In this document: positions 1-12,270 of the stretch, piece by piece
Layout of the letters: the number at the start of each line of letters is the position of its first letter
Numbering within the stretch: the first letter of the stretch is position 1
Assembly: GCF_009914755.1 (NCBI RefSeq)
Contig: NC_060926.1
From: the human T2T-CHM13v2.0 reference genome, Homo sapiens
Length of the DNA stretch: 64,000 bases
Direction: 5' to 3' (one strand)
Translations under genes and position numbers: made by a program
The notes under the pieces: generated by a model
What the model was told of the DNA's origin: nothing
The model's database searches: none
Seen by the model: only the letters and a program-made list of their open reading frames with translations

Positions 1-1806
1 AGTGGTACAAGCCACCTCCTGCTTGTTAGCTAGCAGTCCAATATTTTGCAGGTTTCACAATTCTACCTAAGAATCCATAGATATGTTTACATATTTTTAT
101 AAATAACAATTCTAGTTCAATTGCTGTTGCTTAATGTAGCATGAGTATCTCCATTTCACCCTTTCAGACTAAACTACAACTACTGATAAATAGACAGTAC
201 TTCCCTTTTGTCTCAATTGCCTCTCTATTGCTTGTTTATCTCAATAGCCACTGATACCCCTGCTGTTGCCTGATAGAGCTGAAGGAGCTGGATGCTTGCA
301 CAAAATACCCTGCTAAGAGTTGAGGAAAGAAGCAGTTTCAAAGAATCTCCTATTCTCTCTAGCCTGTTTCCTTGCTGGCCACCACTTTTATCTCTCGCAG
401 CTGCCTACCAGTATGGATGTATCTTCTTCTGGTTGGCCATCATTCCTCTCAGTGTCACAAACATGAAGAGTAAAGCACAGCAATATTGTGTAGGTCCATA
501 TTTATACAAATCCTCACATTTATATTCATAATCCTATTTACTTAAAGTACACCTATGACTCCCAAGTTATTAAATTGGGTCCTGGAACTAGTATCACTGT
601 GTTTAATGTATATTAAATCTGACTTTCTGGTCGAAACTCTAAGATAGTGAGTTACACGGAGACTTAAGGTATTATTATTATTTCAATCTGACTATTCAAA
701 AAGGTTACTAGTTAACTATATAGTTTCCCATATTTTAACTTTAATACAGGGTGAAAGAATAGTGACAGTTTTCCAGTACCCCTTTTATAAGATGCCATTT
801 ACAACTATGCAAATATATAGGTATAAATGCATATGAAAGATGTTAGCCAAGTCCATTATGTGGCAACATATTCAATCAGGGAAAAATGTTGTTTTGTAAC
901 ACCACCAAATCTGTCTGTATCCAAATGTTATTTACCCCCCAAAACTTTTGTAATAAAATACAGAGGATAAGCAGTTCATAGAATTTCCATGATTTCAGTA
1001 TAATCTAATCATGTTTATTGATGAAGCAAATATTAAAATGATAACTCTCTTCAATATCTTCAAGTATTACATAGGAATAAATTATTGACAGAAACTTGGA
1101 AGGTAAAATATCCATAGCTGGTTACCTGGTGTGTAAAACACAAAGTGTCCTATAGTGAATAAAATTCTCAATAATTAAAAAAAAATTAAACTTGCCTCTC
1201 AACCATTTTCTTCAATTAAGTTTAATTGTATTAACAAAATAAATAGTAGTAGCACATATGTGCAACAATTAAAATGATATAATTTAATTAAATATGTTTC
1301 AATTAAGTGATAACTGAATTAGCCATATGACTGAGATAAATTATTTAATTTTTTATATAAAATTATGTAATTATATACAAGACAATTTATATAAATATGT
1401 TCATTTCTACATGTAGTTTATGTACCTATATTACAAATAAAAATATCCTTGTTAGATCCTGAGGGATGATTATGCTATTGAAAATGTATATCTTAACATT
1501 ATTTATTTCAGATTTGGCAGGATATTTTCATAAATTCATGTAAAAAAGTTGATTGTTACACAGTAGTTTTGAAAGCGATGAATTATCTTTTCTTCAGCTT
1601 GGATTTTAGGAAGACAATTTTATAACTGCTTTTATTTGATATTTATTTATGCTGAAAAATCTTACGTAATAGATGGAACAGACAGAAATTGAGAGTTTCC
1701 ACTGAGACCAAGTAAAAAGAAAATGAAATCTTTAAGATCTGAAACTGAATTTTTTGAGGGCTACACTATTTGTATGTTGAACTAGAAGCCCAAATAATTG
1801 TATCTT

Positions 1807-2700
1807 AACACTTCCTCAAAGAAGATATGTAGTTGGTAAATAAACATAAGAAAAGATGCTCAAAACAATATGTTATTAGGGAACTTCAAATTAACATGAT
1901 GAGATACCATTATACACCAATTAGAATGTCTAATATCTGAAAAACTAACAAATGATGGCAAGGATGTGGAGCAGAAGGAATTCATTCATTGATGGTGGAA
2001 ACGTAAAATGGTACAGCCACTTTGGAAGACAGTTTGGCAGTTTCTTACAATATAAGCATAGTCTTACCCTATAATCCAGCAACTGATTTCTTAGGTATTT
2101 ATCCAAACGAGTTGAAAAGTATGTCCACACAAAAACATGCTCATAAATGTTTATAGTGGTTTTATTGATAATTCTCTAAATTTGGAAGCAACGAGTATGT
2201 CTTTCAATAGATGAATAAATACAATGCAATACATTGGTATAGCAGAATATTACTTAATAAAAAGAAATATGCCATCAAGCATGAAAAGCTGAAATACATA
2301 TTGTTAAGTGAACGATCTATTGAGACAACGAAAAGAGAGTGGTGCCCAGGGTCTGGGGTAAGGAGAGAAGAATGACTAGATGGAGCACAGAGAATATTGA
2401 GCACTGTGAAATTACCCTGCATGATACTATAATGGTGGATACATGACATTATGCATGTATCAAAAACCATAGAACTCTATAACGCACAGTGAATCCTAAT
2501 ATAAACCATATGCTATAATTAATAATGATGTATAAATACTGGTCCAGTAATTGTAACAAATGTACTATACTAACGCAAGATAATAATAATAGGGAAAATT
2601 GCATGACAGAAAGGTAAGAGGGTTATGAGAACTCCATATCTTTTGCTCATTATTTTTGTAAACCTAAATCTACTCTAAAAATGAATCAATTAAAAATAAA
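1807..2700 (+). mobile_element. Old L1 3' fragment (L1MC-like)
   Basis: Degenerate ORF2-end motifs (aaagaagatat, gagataccattatacaccaattagaatg, gtacagccactttggaagacagtttggcagtttctta) and L1MC-type 3' end (aaacctaaatctactctaaaaat). Confidence 0.85.
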
Positions 2701-3676
2701 TTAATTAAAATAGTCACTCATTTAGTTTCAGATTCTTACATAGTGAGTGTTTGACACACTATTGTCCTACCATTAAGATGGAGGTTGCTACTCCCAACTT
2801 AAATTAGACACTGTTTTAGATTTGCATATAAGATTTAAAATACCTCAAAATAAAAGTAAGACATATAAAACAACTTTTAATCATTTGAAATCATAATCGC
2901 TTTCTTTCGTCATGTAAGGTTTGTTTCCTCACAACTAGTCAGAGAAAATGAATGCTGCAAAATGTGGCTTAATGATATTTGTAACTATACCTCTTTCCAC
3001 TAAAAATGGACACGATAAAAATACTGCAAAATAAAATGAATATCTAAAATATCTCATTTTCTTTCATGCTTTCACTCTATTTTATTTATTTGTTACTGGA
3101 AGTCATCACAAAAAATTTATCTGTTTTGTTTGTACTTGTTCAGTTGACCACTCATATGCTTCCTACAAATATTCTAAATTTGGCCTCAATATTTATTTAT
3201 AGTCTACCTGTCACATTGTTACTGTTAGCCATATTCTTATATTTTAGTAAAATAAATCTTTTGTGTAATTGTACCTCTGTGTCAGATACTTTACTATGGA
3301 ATTTTAAACAGCATTTATGTTATAGTATTTTGATTTGATGCTATACTATTTAGCAATACCCTTCTCATTATAATTATCTACTTAAGAAGCTGTATTTTGT
3401 GGGCTAATTTCGAATAATTTAAAATAACATTTTTAAAAAAGTATTTGAATTTTGTAATGATAAGCATTATTTGACCAAAAGGTCAGACCATAAGCTTGAA
3501 TGATGAAAGCATAGCTACACCATATGTGCTTGATAGTGTAGTGGCATCAAGGAAAATCTATTTTTCAGCTCTTGAAGAGAAGGCTGTGGTTATCACTCCA
3601 CTTACAGAGATCTTAGACACCGTAGCTCTGTTCAGAGAAAGAACTTGCAGCAATCAAAACGCTGGCTGTGCATACC

Positions 3677-3817
3677 GAAGTTTCTCAAAATGTAGTCCAC
3701 ACACTAGAGAGTAGCAGCCTCAGCATCCCCTGGGAACTTGTTAGAAATGCAAATTATGAATTCTTACCTAGGACATACTGAATGAGAAACTCGGGTTGGA
3801 GTACAAAAATTTCTGTG
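3677..3817. mobile_element. MER5A-like hAT-Charlie MITE, left part (split by an L1)
   Basis: gtttctcaaaatgtagtcc...cagcatcccctgggaacttgttagaaatgcaaatt...tactgaatgagaaactc. Confidence 0.75.
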
Positions 3818-4782
3818 ATTTTTTTTTTATTTTTAACTTTTATTTTACATTCAGGAGTACATGTGCATATTTGTTATACATTTAAACTCATGTCATGGGT
3901 TTTTTGTACAGATTATCTAATCCCCAGGGTATTAAGTCTAGTAACCAATAGTTATTTTTTCTGTTCCTCTACCTTTTCCCAACCTCTGCCCTGCAGTAAA
4001 CCACAGTGTTTGCTGTTTCCTTCTTCGTGTTCATGAGTACTCATTATTTAGCTCCCACTTATAAGTGAGAACATGCAGTATTTGGTTTTCTGTTCCTTCA
4101 TTAGTTTCCTAAGGATAATGATTTCCAGCTTCATCCACGTTCCCACAAAAGACATGATATTATTCTTGTTTATGGCTGAATAATATTCCATGGTGTATAT
4201 GTACCACAGTTTCTTTATCTAATCTGTCGTTGATGGGCATTTAGGTTGATTCAATGTCTTTGCTGTTGCAAATAGTTTAGCAATGAACATTCACATGCAT
4301 GTGCCTTTATGGTTGAATAACCTATATTCTTCTGGGTATATATGCAGTAATGGGATTTCTGGGTCAAATTGTAGTTCTGTTTTTTAGCTCTTTGAGAAAT
4401 TGCCATAATGTGTTCCACAATGGTTGAACTAATTTACTCCCCCATCAACAGTGTATATGTTCCCTTTTCTCCACAAGCTTCCCAGCATCTGTTACTTTTT
4501 GACTTTTTAATGATAGCCATCATGACTGCTGTGGGATGGTATCCCACTGTGGTTTTGATTTGCATTTCTCTAATGATCAGTAATGTTGAGCATTTTTTAT
4601 GTGTTTGCTGGCTGTATGCATGTCTCCTTTTGAAAAGTGTCTGTTTGTTTCCTTTGCCCACTTTTATTGGGGTTGTTGGTTTTTCTCTTGCAAATGTATT
4701 TAAGTTCATTATGAATGCTGGATATTAAACCTTTGTCAGATGCATAGTTTGAAAATATTTCCTCCCATTCTGTAGGTTGTCT
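3818..4782 (-). mobile_element. 5'-truncated L1PA15/16-like element
   Basis: T-rich tail, then reverse-complement L1 3' UTR and ORF2 C-terminus; the ORF-track peptide [21 protein letters not shown]...IIKKSKSNRCWEACGEKGT is L1 ORF2p-like. Confidence 0.9.
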
Positions 4783-4848
4783 CAAAAGTTTGTGTTTTGA
4801 AAGTCATCCAGTTGATTTGATGCAGACTGAAGTTTGAAAACCTGTACT
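4783..4848. mobile_element. MER5A-like MITE, right part
   Basis: tgtgttttgaaagtcatccagttgatttgatgcagactgaagtttgaaaacc continues the MER5A consensus interrupted at 3817. Confidence 0.7.
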
Positions 4849-5201
4849 TTACTGCTTTGAGTACAGCTTATAGTCTCAGCAATGAGGCTATGATTTAAAG
4901 ATTAAAACAAATTAATGCAAAGATTACTGAGCCTTAGTTAATGCTAAACATTGATCATTAAAATCAAGGCAAAAGTTTCATACAGAATAGAATACTTCAG
5001 CTCTACGTACTGGATTTTTGTGTCTTTTGTTTTTGTTGTTGTTGTTGACTTACAATTAAGGTTGAGCTATGAGAATGAGAACTCTTCATAATGGGGCTTG
5101 CAATCAAAGATAAGCAGAGTTAATACATATCTCTGTCACAAAATAAATCCCAGTCAAAATGGTATCTCTAAAATCAAATAAGGAATATTAGAATATGGGA
5201 T

Positions 5202-5497
5202 GGGTCCAGTGGCTTACTCCTGTAATCCAAGCACTTTGGGTGGCCAAGGCCACAGAATCTTTTGAGCCTAGGAGTTCAAGGCCAGCCTGAAAAGCATAGC
5301 AAGACCTGTCTCTACAAATAATAATAATAAAAATAATAAAAAAATAATAAAAAAATAGCTGGACATGGTGGCATGTACATCGGTTCTCAGCTGCTCAGGA
5401 GGCTGAGGTGGGAGGGTCACTTAAGCCCAGGTAGTCACGACTGTCGTGTTCACACCATTGCACTCCAGTCTGAGCAGCAGAGTAAGCCCTTGTCTCA
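5202..5497 (+). mobile_element. AluJ-type SINE
   Basis: Diverged dimeric Alu (gagcctaggagttcaaggccagcctg, ctgaggtgggagggtcacttaagcccagg) with an expanded (TAA)n linker. Confidence 0.9.
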
Positions 5498-5507
5498 ATA
5501 TACATAC

Positions 5508-5565
<58 letters not shown>

Positions 5566-5582
5566 TTATATATACATATGTA
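5498..5582. repeat. Compound (TA)n/(CA)~21 microsatellite at the Alu tail
   Basis: tatacatacatatatatata(ca)n tatatttatatatacat, read directly. Confidence 0.95.
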
Positions 5583-6098
5583 TTTTTGGAATATAAGTTT
5601 TCAAGACTTAAGGCCCATTGCTGCGTGTTAGTTACTATAATCAAAGAGGGAAGACGAATGAGTGCATTGTTTTCTATTAGTCAGTCATGATACCCACACA
5701 TTAGGATGAATAGTCACAATGATGCTGCTGCTTTTCTTTCCTTTCTTTTCCAATGAACACAAAGAATCTTCCTTGAGAAACATGTTTTTAAAGTGTATTT
5801 TAATATCACCACCTTGAAGTAAGTTAGTTTGTTGGGAAGGAGGTAAATTAATTTTTGTCTATGGTACTAGAAGTTTAAACTCAGAGTTGTAATGTATTAA
5901 ATGCAGACTAATTATAGAAAAGCTAAGTTTATGTGGAATAATTAAGTTATGAGGGTAAAATACAGTTGAATATCAATGTGTAACAGTTTACATTGGGGTT
6001 TTCTGGCCTCATTTCCCTGACATTCAACAACATTTGAAGGTCAAATTTTATGGATTTATTAGAGTTGTAAGAGTTATGTTGAAAGTAATTACTCATAT

Positions 6099-6421
<323 letters not shown>

Positions 6422-6704
6422 AAAGTAATTACTCATATATTTCCTCCTCATCTCCAAATTTCTTTTTAAATTTCTTTTAGTCAAATACTACATTCTGATT
6501 TTTGTGTTTCTGGTGTATGTAACATCATTGAAACGTTGTCAGCAGCATGTATAATATATGGGCAAAAGAATGAAAAAAAAATCAGTCCCTCACAAATATA
6601 TATCCCTAAAATAAAATGTCCCATCACTTTAGAAACTTTATTAGTGTTGCCTACCAATATTAATTCTCTTTTATTTCTTTAAAATGCATCTGTTGAATTT
6701 CAGG

Positions 6705-7110
6705 TGGATACACAGCCAAACACTACACACCCAAGCCTCCTGTTGCAGCTTTGGGTGGCTATATGTCAAGGTTATAGCTAATTAAAATATGAGCGGAGAA
6801 CTGTCCCATGTAACTTCACAGCTTTTCTTTACAAGAGACTTTCTCTTGAAGAGCGATGCCCTCTACTTTCTCTTATCACCGTTGTATTAGCCACAACATG
6901 TACACAATGATGGAGACAAGAGCAACCATCCTAGATTACAAGATGGAAGCCATACATTGAGCATGGCAGAACGCCAAGATCCTGGGTCACTGACACCATT
7001 TGGACTCCCTATCGTGTACCCTGACTGGCATGGATAAGTAAAATAAGCTATTTCCTTAAGCTTTTGTTGTCTGGAAGTATTTTTAGAGAATCTGATATTG
7101 ATTTTCACTG
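6705..7110 (+). mobile_element. MLT1J-like MaLR solo LTR
   Basis: actacacacccaagcctcctgttgcagct...gcaaccatcctagattacaagatggaagcc...gatcctgggtcactgac resembles the MLT1J consensus. Confidence 0.65.
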
Positions 7111-7796
7111 ATGTACTAGCAGAGCCTAATTTCCTTCATGTTGTATTGTTTATGAATACAGAGGCAGGATATTTGTTGAACTGGAATTAAAATAAAAAGG
7201 TAAATCATGGGGGAAAGTATTGCTATAATGTGTTTGCGTTTTCAAACATTTGCTCCAATTTCTTGTAACTCAGCCAGTCAACAATAATTACTGAGCACAT
7301 TCTAAAGACTGAGTACACTTCAAGGCCCCGGGGAATGCAACGATGGGCAAACCAGCCAAGGCCACTACCTTTAAAATGCCTTCATTTGTGTTGGGGTGCT
7401 AAAATAAATAAACGGATAAAATTAAAAATGATTGTATTTATTAAATTCATTGAATGCATTCTAAATAAGTCAATTTAAATAGGCATAAATATTTCTGAAT
7501 TTCTTTGAAAAGACCAGTATTATTATAGTCTCCACTGAAAATTATTAAGAAATATTCTCATTTGAGATTTTATGACACCCTCCTCCACTCAATCTCCTCA
7601 TCCTCCTCTCAAAATTATCCAAGTTAATGTTGACAGTGTTAACGACTGTTAAGTGTTTGTTGCATATCTAGTCTTTCTTTCTTCTATGATTTTCAATATC
7701 CATCTGCTTATGTGTTGAAGAATACATATCCTTATTTATACCAAAATGAGATGATACTGTAGTAATTGGTCTTGATATCCTTAGATGAAAATTCTT

Positions 7797-7935
7797 ATTA
7801 TTTATTTATTATTTTTTGAAATGGGGGTCTTGCTCTGTTGCCCAGGATGGTCTTAAACTCCTGCGCTTCAGTAATCCGCCTATCTCAGCTTCTCAAATTC
7901 CTGGGATTATAGGTGTGAGCCATAGGAACCCAGCC
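7797..7935 (-). mobile_element. Free left Alu monomer (FLAM_C-like)
   Basis: Single ~135-bp monomer: ggtcttgctctgttgcccaggatggtcttaaactcctg...ctgggattataggtgtgagcca. Confidence 0.85.
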
Positions 7936-7939
7936 AAAA

Positions 7940-8300
7940 TCCTTCTTAATACAGACATATGTATGTTTTAACAATTTATCTCTGGTATACCATTGTATAA
8001 ATGTACAGTAATTTCTACTATTTTTCACAGTATATAATGGTATTTGTCAAATTTTAGATATTACAAACTGTCTGCAGGGAGCATGTCTATGCTCATATTT
8101 TTATCTTTTCATGATATTATTTCTGTGTCATAGTTTGTGAGAAGTAAAATTGCTGAGTCATGGGATATGTGCTTTTTAAAAATGTTTCATAAAATCAAGT
8201 TACTTTTCAAAAATTATTATCAATTTATGCCACCACTAGTCTTAAAAATCCAGCATATAATATTTTTGTTTGGACAATGTAATAGAAAAAATAAGGGATC
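7940..8300 (-). mobile_element. Very old L1M (L1ME-like) fragment
   Basis: Degenerate agaagtaaaattgctgagtcatgggatatgtgc...ttttcaaaaattattatcaatttatgccacc. Confidence 0.55.
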
Positions 8301-8931
8301 AACAACAACTCATGTTTATTGGCTATTCATATTACTTTTTAAATTTTTTCTTTATAGATTTTTACTTGTTTTCCCCAAACATTTTGCTTTATGCATTTTT
8401 ATGTTATGTTGTTTGTTTGTTGCGGAAATACTTTTGACTGTTATGTTTTCATCACTGATTGTACTCTTCAGTGTTTTTAAATATTACTTGATATTGGTAG
8501 AAATGTAAATATTACAGTTTTCTTTGTGTTTGTATTTAATTCTGCTATCTTTCCCATTTGTTTACTTCTAACTATTCTGTCAGCATAGATTTAGTAATAT
8601 CTTTTGTTAGATTTCCCAAACTGAATATCTCCTTTTATGGAATAATTAAATTATTTCCATTCATTTTGATAACACATATGCTTGTCATATACCTATTTTT
8701 TTCAATTTTTACTAGTTTTTATATTTTTACTATTTCTTATATTCTCATCAATTTTTGCTAGATCAAATCAATTTAACTTATTATTTTCCTAGATTTTCAT
8801 AATTAATATTTTTTCTTTATGTAAAGAAAAATTATCACATACAATATGAACATATGCTGAAAATATTTGAGAAAAACAATTAACCTTAATTTTACTCTTG
8901 AGAGGTTTAACTATAAATATTTTGTTACAAT

Positions 8932-9618
8932 GCTTTTTTGTATAATTTTATTTTTATTGATTTATTTAAGATTCAGAGGTATGTGGGCAGGTTTGTTACA
9001 TGGGTATATTACATAATGTTGACGTTTAGGGTAGAAATGATACCATTACTCAGGTACTGAGCAAAGAATCCCAAAGGTACTTTTTCAACAATTCCTTTTT
9101 CCCTCCCTTACCCCTTTAGTAGTCCTCAATGTCTATTGTTGCCATCTTTATTTTCATGAGTACTAAATGTTTAGCATCTACTATAAAGTGAGAACATACA
9201 GTATTTGGTTTTCTGTTCCTGCGCATTAATTCGCTTAGGATAATGGCCTCCAGTTGCATCCATGTTGCTACAAAGGACATGATTTTGTTCTTTTTTATGG
9301 TTGTGTAGTACGCCATGATGTATATGTATAACATTTCCTTATCCAATCCACTGTAGATGGGTACCTAGGTTGATTTCATGTCTTTGATATTATAAAAATA
9401 GTGCTGTGATGAACATATGAGTGCATGGGTATTTTTGGTAGAATGATTTGTTTTCTTTTGGATATATACACAGTAATGGTATTGCTGGCTTGAATGCTAG
9501 TTCTGTTTAAAGTTCTCAGAGAAATCTCCAAACTGTTTTTCATAGTGGCTGAACTAATTTGCATTTCCACCAACAGTGTATAAGTATTCTATTTTCTCAG
9601 CAGCCTTGCCAGAATTTG
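8932..9618 (-). mobile_element. 5'-truncated L1PB4-like element
   Basis: Reverse L1 3' UTR and ORF2 end (peptide IKKNKIMSFVATWMQLEAIILSEL). Candidate TSD ttgttacaat at 8922-8931 and 9619-9628. Confidence 0.88.
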
Positions 9619-10524
9619 TTGTTACAATATTTTAATGTCAATTTTTTTCTTTGTGTATATTATTTGTGTACGTACCTATGCATGTGAGGGGGTGTTTTTG
9701 TGTATATACAAATTCAATCTTATATCCTGTCACTTTTGTAACATTTTCTTCATGATGATTTTCTCATGCCACTAAAATAGCATAAATGTTATATGTTGTT
9801 GTATATTTTTATTTAATGTTTATGATTTTATATCAGATATAATTTTTAATATATTACTTCCAATAATATATCTTGTGTATTATTTGAATTGTTTAAATTT
9901 TTTCATTGTTTAAATATTATCACTCATGCTGTTCATCTATCATACGTAATAGATAAACAAATATCTTTTTTCTTCCTCAATATTTATAACTAGAATTCAG
10001 AATCCTCATGAAAGAGTTAAAGATTATATATTATAGATGAAATCAGTTACATTAATCCAATTCATACTAAATTTATATGAGGAATTTTATTATAAAGATT
10101 CAAAGGTGTCATATATAAATAAAATATTAAACCAAGTAGATCTTAAGAATATATCTTTAGGGACATTCTCCATTCTTGACCTCTCTAGAATAATACATTA
10201 TAGAAATAATGCCCATCAGTTCTTCCTGAGCTTCTTAGAGTTCAGGTACAAAAAACATTATTGGTCAGCCCTAAAACTTAGCATGAGCCTCTTGGGCTTG
10301 TTTGGTTTAGGAGTATTCCATGGATAAATTAATTTTGGTAGGCAATTGGGTGATCTAACAGACAAAGCTACATCGATAGTGGAATGGAAGTGGAATTTAT
10401 GACACACAGATACATATTTCCACATTTATTTTTAGGAATATTATACTACCAAATATTGCCATCTGAATTTTGCAAGGCACCCATTTCATGTTACCAAATA
10501 AACATATAAAAGTATTTGTTAAAA

Positions 10525-10710
10525 CTGCCATGAGGTTACAGGAAGATGGCATCCATCTGCAAACCAGGAAGAGGACTTTCATCAGAATCTGAATGAGCTG
10601 GCACCTTGATCTTGGACTTTCCAGCCCTCAGAACCATAGGAATAAATTTCTATTGCTTAAGACATTCAGTAATGGTATATTTATTACAGTATTTTAAAAT
10701 GACTAAGACA
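10525..10710 (+). mobile_element. MLT1A-like MaLR LTR, 3' part
   Basis: gaagatggcatccatctgcaaaccaggaagagg...ctggcaccttgatcttggactttccagccctcagaacc...gactaagaca. Confidence 0.8.
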
Positions 10711-11064
10711 AATATATTTTATGTTAATGAAATCTATGTAGTTTTAATTAATATTTATCTTGTTCTAAGTCAACATGACCATACATAAATTTGAAACCTC
10801 AGTGGAAATTCCCACATCTTCTTATCAGAAAGGGGTATGGTAGAGAAGAGAACAGTTTGAGTATATACAAAAGTTGTGTTATGGAACAGTATTGTGTCTT
10901 AACTTCCTATACTTTTCTTAAATCTGGCCACATCTGTACTACATAGAGAACTATTTCTACAAAATTTCTCTCATATGAATAGCACAGATGCCTGATTACT
11001 CAACTGTGCTGCAGAATTTAGTTTTTGTAAATTATATGCAGTCTTGTTAGTATATTCTAGATAT

Positions 11065-11560
11065 TACTTTGTTAAAGTCACCAATGACCTTCAAGATGGC
11101 CAAATTGAGATCATTTATTCATCTCATTTTTCTTAAAAGCTATCAGTAGCATTCCTCACAGTTGGTTACTCTTTCCTTAAAACTAACTTTTTGCATTGGA
11201 AGGAAGGATTTATGAGGCATCTTATTTTCTTGGCTTTACAATCTTCTCCCAGGAGCTTGTTTTCTATCTCCCTTTTTAGCTGTTGCTTCTCAGGTCACCC
11301 CTGATCTGTCCTGGGGCTCTTTATCTATCTGTATAAGCTCTCACATGATCTCATGCAGTCCTTGCTTATAAATGGCATTGATATGCCAGTGGCTCCCAAA
11401 TCGGTTCTGATCCTGACTCCATATTTTATACCTGCACATCTCACTATCTCTATTTGTATATCCAAAATGAATCCAAATTTTATAAACAATTTCCTCAATC
11501 TGTCCCTCCTCCCCATCTTTACTTAACATCTTAGACCAATTACTTTCATTTCAGTATCTT
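11065..11560 (+). mobile_element. L2 fragment
   Basis: aaagtcaccaatgaccttc...ggccaaat, tgatctcatgcagtcc, gactcc...cacatctcactatctctatttgtatatccaaaatgaa. Confidence 0.65.
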
Positions 11561-11829
11561 CTTAATATTCTCCCTGAGTTTACATATCTCCTAGAATCAG
11601 TTCTTTACATCCTAACTAGAGCGGTATTTGTATCTTCCTCCCTCCCACCAATGCTTCCTTTTTCCCTTTGTTTTTAACCCAGAAACAATATGTGTCTGTA
11701 GGTGCCTGCTTGTCACCTTTATCTTCCCCCATACCATCTTTCTCCTTCTCTTCTAGTTCTTTCTTCTCCCACTTACCGGACACTAAGAAACTCATGATGA
11801 CAAAATACATGCACCCTTACCTTATTAAT

Positions 11830-12270
11830 ATCTGTTTATTCTTTCACAAAAATGTACACTTGTTCTTGTTTTTATACAAAACTAAATCCTAATCTACTCT
11901 CTTGTTTGTAATATACATTTTTATATAATAAAACAACTAGAAAATCCTACCTAATCAATGTGTATAAACTTTATTATTTTAATAGGTATATGAAAGTCTG
12001 TGAAATATATCATAATATATCATAATTATGATATACACCATAATTTATGCAACTATTTCATTATTGAAAATGACTTTCTTTGTTTCCAGCTTTTTTATAA
12101 TTATAATGTTAAGCTAAGAATGTTACCTTAATGTTACATTAAGTGTTCTTGTAAATATCAGTTTATACTGGTAATTTTACTCTACGTAACAAGTCCCAGG
12201 AATGCAATGGCTAGATATAAGGTTAGCTGTAATTTTAATTTTAATAGATATTACAAAATTTCATTCAAAA
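11830..12270 (-). mobile_element. Old L1M fragment
   Basis: Degenerate cataatttatgcaactattt...ttgtttccagctttttt...cccaggaatgcaatggctagat. Confidence 0.5.

Noticed and set aside
292-531. 79-aa ATG-initiated ORF at the window start
   Set aside because: No recognisable homology, promoter or splice context; length is within the chance range.
12005-12045. Short duplication and palindrome (atatatcata x2, tatcataattatgata)
   Set aside because: Low-complexity AT sequence within an old L1; too easily produced by slippage or chance.
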